Shown: piece by piece, positions 57,792-64,000 of the stretch
How the letters are laid out: the number at the start of each line of letters is the position of its first letter
How positions within the stretch are numbered: the first letter of the stretch is position 1
From: Verrucomicrobiota bacterium
GTDB lineage: Bacteria; Verrucomicrobiota; Verrucomicrobiia; Limisphaerales; J093
Assembly: GCA_027493615.1 (NCBI GenBank)
Contig: JAOSKK010000038.1
Span: 907,333 to 971,332, forward strand
DNA: 64,000 nt
Direction: 5' to 3'
Program-made: the position numbers and the translations under genes
The notes under the pieces: generated by a model
The model's input: only the letters and a program-made list of their open reading frames with translations
The model's database searches: none
Told to the model about the DNA's origin: nothing

Positions 57792-60167
57792 TCAATAGAG
57801 AAGCACCGCCGCGCGGCGTTGTTTGAAAGGCGGCGAGTTCCGCGCTCCAACCCCGGCGGATGTCCGCCAGCGGCTTCCCAGCCTCGATGGCCGTGAGAGT
57901 GGCCGCGTCGGTCAGCAAGGGGCGGAGTTTGCCCAGGGCGAACTGGTCCGGATAGAGCCGTCGCAAGGTGAGCGCGAGGGTGAGTCCGAGGTCCACGGCG
58001 TCGAGGGCGTCGCGGTTGGTGAGGACCAGCAACACGCCGCCGCAGGGCTGATCCTTGAAGGTGCTGGCACGCGGGGTGAACCGGATGGGCACATACCGCA
58101 CACCCGGCACGCCGGCACGGGCGAGTTCCTCGGCGAAGCGGACGTCATCAACATACGGCGCGCCGACGATCTCGAACGGGGTGTCGGTGCCGCGCCCGAC
58201 GGACACCGCGCTCTCGAGCAGGCCGACTCCCGGGTAGAGGATGGCGGCCGTGAGGCGGCGCATGTTCGGGGAGGGATTGGTCCAGGGCAACCCGGTCTGG
58301 TCCAGCCAGTGCGCCCGGGACCAGCCCTCGACCGGGATCACGGTCAGGTCGGCCTGCCACCCGCGCTCGCGGTTGAAGAGCCGCGCCAGTTCGCCCACCG
58401 TCATGCCGTGCCGGAGGGGGAGGCGATGGAACGCGACGAAGCTCGAGGGGCCGGTGTGCACGGGGCCCTCGACGCTGAGGCCGTTGATGGGATTGACGCG
58501 GTCGAGCACGAAGAACTTCTTGCCGGCCTGGGCGGCGGCTTCGAGGCAGAGCCCCAGAGTCGAGATGTAGGTGTAGAAGCGACAGCCGATGTCCTGGACG
58601 TCGAACACCAGCGCATCGAGCGGGGCGAGTTGGGCGGGGCGGGGCGCACGGGTCTCGCCGTAGAGGCTGTACACGGGCAGCCCCGACGGCTCGTCCACGG
58701 TGTCGCCCACGGCCTCGTCCAGGCTCCCGCGGAGGCCGTGTTCGGGGCTGAACAGCGCGACGAGCCGGACGTCCGGCGCGCTGCGTAGCAGATCGATGGT
58801 GGGGCGGCGAGCGCGGTCGTGACCGGTCTGGTTGGTGATCAGGCCGACGCGGAGGCCGCGCAGCGGGGCGAACTTACGTTTCACCAGCACGTCGATGCCG
58901 TTGAGGACGGGGGCCGGCGGTTCGGCGGTGGTCGTGGCGGCCGCGGGCGAGCGCGAACCGGGCTCCGGCGGCAGCGCGCCCGGCACATAACTGAAATTGA
59001 AACCAACCACGGCCTGAGCGGCCAGCGTGCCGATGGCGCGGCGGAGGGCGATGACGTTGCCGGCCTCGGTCGGGTGGTTCCGGTTCGAGAGGAAGATCAC
59101 GAAGGTGCGGGAGAAGGGATCGATCCAGATCGAGGTGCCGGTCCAGCCGGTGTGGCCGTACGAACCCAGGGGAAAGAGCTCGCCGCGCGGGCCGGCATAC
59201 GGCGAATCGATGTCCCAGCCCAGGCCGCGGCGCGGGAGGCCGGGCGGGGTCTGGACACTGGTCATCAGGCGGACGGTCTCGGGCTGAAAGAGGCGGACGC
59301 CGTCGAGTTCGCCGCCCGCGAGCAGAAGGCGGGCGAAGCGGGCGAGGTCGGCGGCGGTGGTGAACAGGCCGGCGTGTCCGGCCACACCGCCGAGGCGACG
59401 GGCGCGCGGGTCATGGACGACGCCGCGGAGGGGCTGGCCGTTTTCGACCTCGGTGGGCGCGATGCGGGCCCGTTTTGCGGCCGGGGGATTGAAGCCGGTG
59501 TCGTGCATCTGCAGGGGCCGGTAGACCTCGGCCTCGAGGAAGGCATCGAGGGGTGACCGGTGACGCGGCGCACGATTTCGCCCAGGAGAATCGGGCCGGT
59601 GTCGCTGTAGATCACCCGTGTGCCGGGAGGAGCCGTCAGGGTCTCTGCCCAGCACAGCTTGAGGGCGGCGTCGAGGCCGGACCAGGCGGGGGTGAGACTG
59701 ATGTCAGGGCGCAGCCCGGAGGTGTGGGTGAGGAGGTGGCGCACAGTGACCAGCTCCCGGCCGCCGCCGGTGAACTCGGGCAGGTAGTCGGAGACCGGGG
59801 CGTCGAGGCGCACCCGGCCGCGTTCGACCAGCAGCATCACGGCGGGGGTGCAGGCAACCACCTTGGTGAGCGACGCGGCGTCGAAGAGGGTGTCCTCGGT
59901 CATGAGTTCGGGCTCCGGCAGGACCGCCCGCTGTCCGTAGGCCCGGTGGTAGGCGACGCCGTCGCGTTCGAGCCAGAGGACACCGCCGGGGCATTGGTTC
60001 TGGGCGATGGCGTTCGTGATGGCGGCGTCGAGTTCGGCGAGCTTGGCCGGGTGGAAGACGGCTTCGAGGTTCCGTGGCGGGGGGGCGGGTTCCGGCGAGC
60101 GGCAGCCGGGTAGCAGTCCGGCGAGGAGCAACGTCCCCGCGAAGGGCAGAACCGACGAGAGTCTCAT
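57792..60167 (-). CDS. Fusion of serine hydrolase (beta-lactamase/PBP4-like, SxxK) and DUF1343 (NamZ-like exo-beta-N-acetylmuramidase) domains; frame broken about twice
   Basis: ATG at 60167 with a lipobox (LLAGLLPGC). FDAASLTKVV is the SxxK motif (ORF 59265..60191). The protein continues in ORF 57289..59655, first through the rest of the hydrolase domain (HTGWTGTSIWIDP). The DUF1343 part then follows (LRVGLITNQTGHD, ALFSPEHG, VFDVQDIGCRFYTYIST). A shift near 57815 restores the family-typical ...KQRRAAVLLY end with a stop at 57792. Confidence 0.85.
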
Positions 60168-60216
60168 GGCGAGGCAGCGTAACGAGGTCACCCCGGTGAG
60201 GCAATGCCTGCCCCCT

Positions 60217-60285
60217 GTAGGCGCCGACGTCAGGAGGCGTTGGGGTCAGAGACAACGCCCTCTGCCTCCTCACGTCGGCGCCTGC
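60217..60285. repeat. REP-like palindrome built from the same 22-nt motif
   Basis: gtaggcgccgacgtcaggaggc (60217-60238) and gcctcctcacgtcggcgcctgc (60264-60285) form an inverted pair. The 25-nt spacer itself contains ggcgttg...caacgcc. It lies in the divergent spacer between 57792..60167 (-) and 60394..61770 (+). Confidence 0.85.
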
Positions 60286-60393
60286 GGACGGTCGCGGTTC
60301 CACGTCGGATGTCCGGGCGAGGAACGCCACCCTCGGGGGTCGAGGTGGACGCTTTCCACGCGGCGGGTGACGTGGGAAGCTGGGGGCCGGTTT

Positions 60394-61770
60394 ATGGAGT
60401 CCAAGCCGATGCTGTTGATCGTGGATGATGAGCGCCCGACGCGGGAGGGACTGCGGGCGGCGCTCGAAGACCGTTACGACGTTTACCTGGCCGAGGACGC
60501 CGCCACGGCGATGGAGCTGCTCGAACGCGAGCGGTTCGACGTGGTGCTGACGGATTTCCGGCTGCCGAAGGAGGACGGCATGCAGCTCATCGCGCGGGCG
60601 AAATCGCTGAGCCGTCCGCCGGTGTGCATTCTCATGACCGCGTATGGCTCGGAAGATCTCGCGGTCGAGGCCATGAAGCGGGGCGCGGACGATTACCTGG
60701 CGAAGGGCCGGCTGCAAATCGACGAGCTGGAGCTGCGGATCGCCAAGGCGCTGCGCACCCAGCAGCTCGAGACCGAGAACCAGAACCTGCACCGACAACT
60801 CGACGACCGGTTCGGCCTGGAGCAGATCGTGGGCAAGTCCCCCGCCATGGCCGAGGTGTTCGAGATCGTGCGTCAGGTGGCTCCGACGCCGGCGACGGTG
60901 CTGATCCAGGGCGAGAGCGGGACGGGCAAGGAACTGATCGCGAAAGCCGTGCACCAGCTCAGCCCGCGGGCGCGCCAGCCGCTGGTCACGGTGCATTGCG
61001 CGGCGTTGCCGGCGGCGTTGCTCGAGAGCGAGCTGTTCGGGCATGAGAAGGGGGCGTTCACGGGCGCGCACGAACGGCGCATCGGGCGCTTCGAGCAGGC
61101 CAACGGCGGGTCGTTGTTCCTGGACGAGATCGGGGAGATCGACGCGAGCACGCAGGTGAAGCTGCTGCGGGTGCTGGGCGAGCGCACCTTCGAGCGGGTG
61201 GGTTCGGGCAAGACCATCGCGGTGGACGTGCGGTTGATCGCCGCGACGAACCGGAACCTGGTCGAGCTGGTCAAGGCGGGGCAGTTCCGGGAGGACCTCT
61301 ACTTCCGGTTGCGCGTGGTGGAATTGTGGCTGCCCCCGCTGCGGGAGCGTCCGGGCGATGTGCCGTTGCTGGCGCTGCATTTCCTCAAGGAAATTGCCGC
61401 CGCCTACGGCAAACCGGTCCGGGAGTTCACCCCGGACGCCCTGCAGGCACTGCTGAGCTACTCGTGGCCCGCGAACGTGCGCGAGCTGCGCAATGCCGTC
61501 GAAGGCGCGGTGGCCCTGGCGCGGGGCGACAAGATCACGCGACGCGAGTTGCCGCCGGCCGTCCGTGGCCTCGGAGGAGGGCTGTCCACGGCCGGGGCGC
61601 GGGCTCCCGCGGACGCCGCACCCCAAACGGTGCAGGAGGCCGAGAAGCAGCTCATCATTCGCGCCTTGCAGGAAACGAAGGGCAATCGCACCCTCGCTGC
61701 GAAAAAGATCGGCGTCGGCCGCCGCACGCTCTACCGCAAGCTCCACGAGTATCACTTGGACGGGCTTTGA
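60394..61770 (+). CDS. Sigma-54-dependent response regulator (NtrC family: receiver + AAA+ + Fis-type HTH)
   Basis: ATG at 60394 ([16 protein letters not shown]). The Walker A is GESGTGKE. The GAFTGA loop is HEKGAFTGA. Also present are [23 protein letters not shown] and the C-terminal [24 protein letters not shown]. Confidence 0.95.
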   Translation: MESKPMLLIVDDERPTREGLRAALEDRYDVYLAEDAATAMELLERERFDVVLTDFRLPKEDGMQLIARAKSLSRPPVCILMTAYGSEDLAVEAMKRGADDYLAKGRLQIDELELRIAKALRTQQLETENQNLHRQLDDRFGLEQIVGKSPAMAEVFEIVRQVAPTPATVLIQGESGTGKELIAKAVHQLSPRARQPLVTVHCAALPAALLESELFGHEKGAFTGAHERRIGRFEQANGGSLFLDEIGEIDASTQVKLLRVLGERTFERVGSGKTIAVDVRLIAATNRNLVELVKAGQFREDLYFRLRVVELWLPPLRERPGDVPLLALHFLKEIAAAYGKPVREFTPDALQALLSYSWPANVRELRNAVEGAVALARGDKITRRELPPAVRGLGGGLSTAGARAPADAAPQTVQEAEKQLIIRALQETKGNRTLAAKKIGVGRRTLYRKLHEYHLDGL

Positions 61771-61822
61771 ACACGGGGCGAGCGATCGGGGATCGCCCCC
61801 GGATCCGGAGGCCCGCCACTCC

Positions 61823-63604
61823 ATGCGCATACGACCCGCTCAAGAGGTGGTTCACTGGCTCGAAGTCGGCCGCGGGGCCGGCGTGATCCGCCTGTTGGTG
61901 GCGGCGTTGGTGCTGCTCGCGCTCACCTGGTGGTATGACCTCTCCCAGGCGCGGAATTTCGCGGCCCCGGAGGCGATGGAGGCCGCGCAGTTGGCGCGGC
62001 ACCTGGCGCGCGGCGAGGGGTTCACGACCCAGGTGGTCCGGCCCCTGACGCTGCAATGGGTGCAGGACCGTCAAGGCGTGCAGGCTGGGCTGGGGCGCCG
62101 GCCGCATCCGGACCTGTTCAATCCTCCCCTTTACCCGCTGGTGCTGGCGGGTTGGATGAAGCTGCTGCCGTTCCAGTATCCGATCGGGGAACGGTTCTGG
62201 CGGTACCAGCCCGAGTTCCTGATCACGATCCTGAACCAGCTTCTGTTCTTCGCGTCGGTGGCGCTGGCGGCGCGGTTGGCCGGGCGGTTGATGGGGCGCG
62301 AGGCGGGCTGGTTGCTGGCGTTGCTGCTCTTGGCGTCGGAGCTCCTGTGGCGATTCAGCGCGTCGGGGTTGTCCACGATGCTGGCGCTGCTGCTCACGGT
62401 CGGACTGCTCGATGTGCTCGTGCGGTTGGAGGCGGCCGCTCGGGAGGATTCGCGGCGCGGCGCGGTCTGGTTTCTGGGGTGGGGCGCCGGCGCCGGGCTG
62501 CTGCTGGGACTCCTTGGGCTGACGCGCTACAGCGGACTGGTGCTGGTGCTGCCCGTGACGGCGTTCATCGTGCTGTACCTGCGGCGGCGGGCGTTGCCGG
62601 TCCTGCTGATGACGTGGGTGGTGGGCGCGGCAGTGATGGTGCCCTGGCTCATGCGCAACGCGCGGGTCAGCGGCACCTGGTTCGGTGTCCCCCGGCCAGG
62701 CCGTTTACGCCGAGACGGCACGGTTTCCTGGGGACCGGCTGGAGCGTTCGTTTCAACCGGACCTCTCGCTGGTCGAGACCGGCGATGTGATCCAGAAGGG
62801 GGTCGAGGGTATGCGGGACCTGCTGCGGGACGACCTGCTGCGGTTGGGCGGCGGGTGGTTCGGCGCGTTCTTCCTGGTGGGGTTGATCGGCCAATACCGC
62901 GAGCCGGGGGTGCGTCGCCTGCGGCTGTTCCTGCTGCTGAGCCTGGCGACCCTGGCCGTGGCCCAGGCGATGGGACGGACGCATCTGAGCACGACGACGC
63001 CGACGGTGAACACGGAGAACCTGCTGGTGCTCCTGGTGCCGGGGCTGTTTCTGCTCGGCGTGGCGTTTTACCAGGGCTTGCTGGAGCGGTTCGAGCTGCC
63101 GTTCCCCGAGTTCCGGCATTTCCTGAGTGCGATGCTCGTGGCCGGCACGGCGGCGCCGCTCTTGCTCGGCGTGTTCGCACGCAGTCCGGGACCGGTGGTT
63201 TACCCGCCGTATTACCCCCCCATCTCCAGCAACCGGTCAGCCTCCTCAAGTCGTCGGAGGTCCTCATGAGCGACATGCCCTGGGCCACGGCGTGGTACGG
63301 GGATCGCACCTCGGTGTGGACGACGCTGGACGCCCAGGATGGGTTCTACCAGGTCAACGACCAGCATCACCACCTCACCGCCCTCCTGCTCACCCCGCTC
63401 ACGATGGACGCCCCCGTTCCGGCGCGACATCCTGCAGGGCCGGAGCCACGACTGGGCCCGCCTGACGGTCGAGGTCTTGCTCCGGACGAATGTGCCCACC
63501 GGCTTCCCGCTGCGCTATGCGTGGAGTCCCGGCATCCCCGATCACCTCTTCCTCGCGGACCTCCTGCTGGCCGAACGCGAGGGCTGGCTTCAACCCGCAT
63601 CCCC

Positions 63605-63608
<4 letters not shown>
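61823..63608 (+). CDS. Polytopic membrane protein, GT-C (ArnT/PMT, GT39/GT83-like) glycosyltransferase candidate; frame broken about 3 times
   Basis: ATG at 61823. The first about 290 codons are missing from the ORF track because that frame stays open to the window end. The protein continues in ORF 62685..63269, then in a short stretch of the first frame ([18 protein letters not shown]), then in ORF 63339..63608. The shifts lie at the C5 run 62689-62693, the C7 run 63225-63231 and the C5 run 63411-63415. [17 protein letters not shown] and about 10 TM segments fit ArnT-like proteins. Confidence 0.55.

Positions 63609-64000
<392 letters not shown>

Noticed and set aside
57289-57795. C-terminal about 170 codons of ORF 57289..59655, which overlap the crp-like gene on the same strand.
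   Set aside because: A 1-nt shift near 57815 yields the family-typical DUF1343 ending (...AAVLLY) with a stop at 57792. The sequence beyond that is Arg/Ala/Pro-rich read-through and overlaps a well-supported regulator gene.

Overview
GC-rich bacterial chromosomal segment. Hand-counted 60-nt lines give about 70% G+C in the flanks (for example 73% at 1261-1320). Gene content includes an H+-pyrophosphatase, PPK2, a YncE-propeller/phosphoesterase fusion, a DUF3300/DUF2950 pair and many two-component systems. This fits an environmental PVC- or Acidobacteria-like organism, but the taxon cannot be decided from this window. I can support about 55 protein genes plus several repeats and hairpins. I recognised no rRNA, tRNA, CRISPR array, transposase or integrase.

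Layout:
- 0-4.5 kb: two response regulators plus a propeller-type sensor kinase.
- 5.2-5.9 kb: vapBC.
- 6-23.5 kb: minus-strand block with SulP, DUF2950/DUF3300, an AI-2E transporter, a VOC protein, lipoproteins, PPK2, an N-formylglutamate-amidohydrolase-like gene, a C39-like peptidase and an MFP-RND-OMF efflux operon.
- 24.6-28.9 kb: sensor kinase with a periplasmic binding-protein-like domain plus two regulators.
- 28.9-38.1 kb: lower-GC island, directly downstream of that two-component system. It encodes a glycyl radical enzyme (GRE), a split aconitase-X-type dehydratase, two orphan ORFs, a BASS-family symporter, a degenerate PFK-fold protein and a GRE activase. This is my best candidate for an undescribed anaerobic pathway.
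- 38-45 kb: envelope and ion genes, with two paralogous outer-membrane barrel genes and gene remnants.
- 45-51.3 kb: phosphoesterase fusion, a Gfo/Idh/MocA oxidoreductase and an AbiE-like pair.
- 51.2-52.7 kb: a roughly 12-copy, non-coding tandem array with a 119-bp unit.
- 52.8-64 kb: beta-helix hydrolase, hppA, a Crp/Fnr regulator, a serine-hydrolase-NamZ fusion, an NtrC-type activator, a GT-C-like membrane protein and the C-terminal half of carB.

A 22-nt REP-like palindromic motif recurs in three intergenic spacers.

Major caveat: more than 30 reading-frame breaks interrupt otherwise intact genes, and those I inspected sit in G or C homopolymers. I read these as assembly indels rather than true pseudogenes. 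Gene coordinates therefore span several ORF-track pieces.
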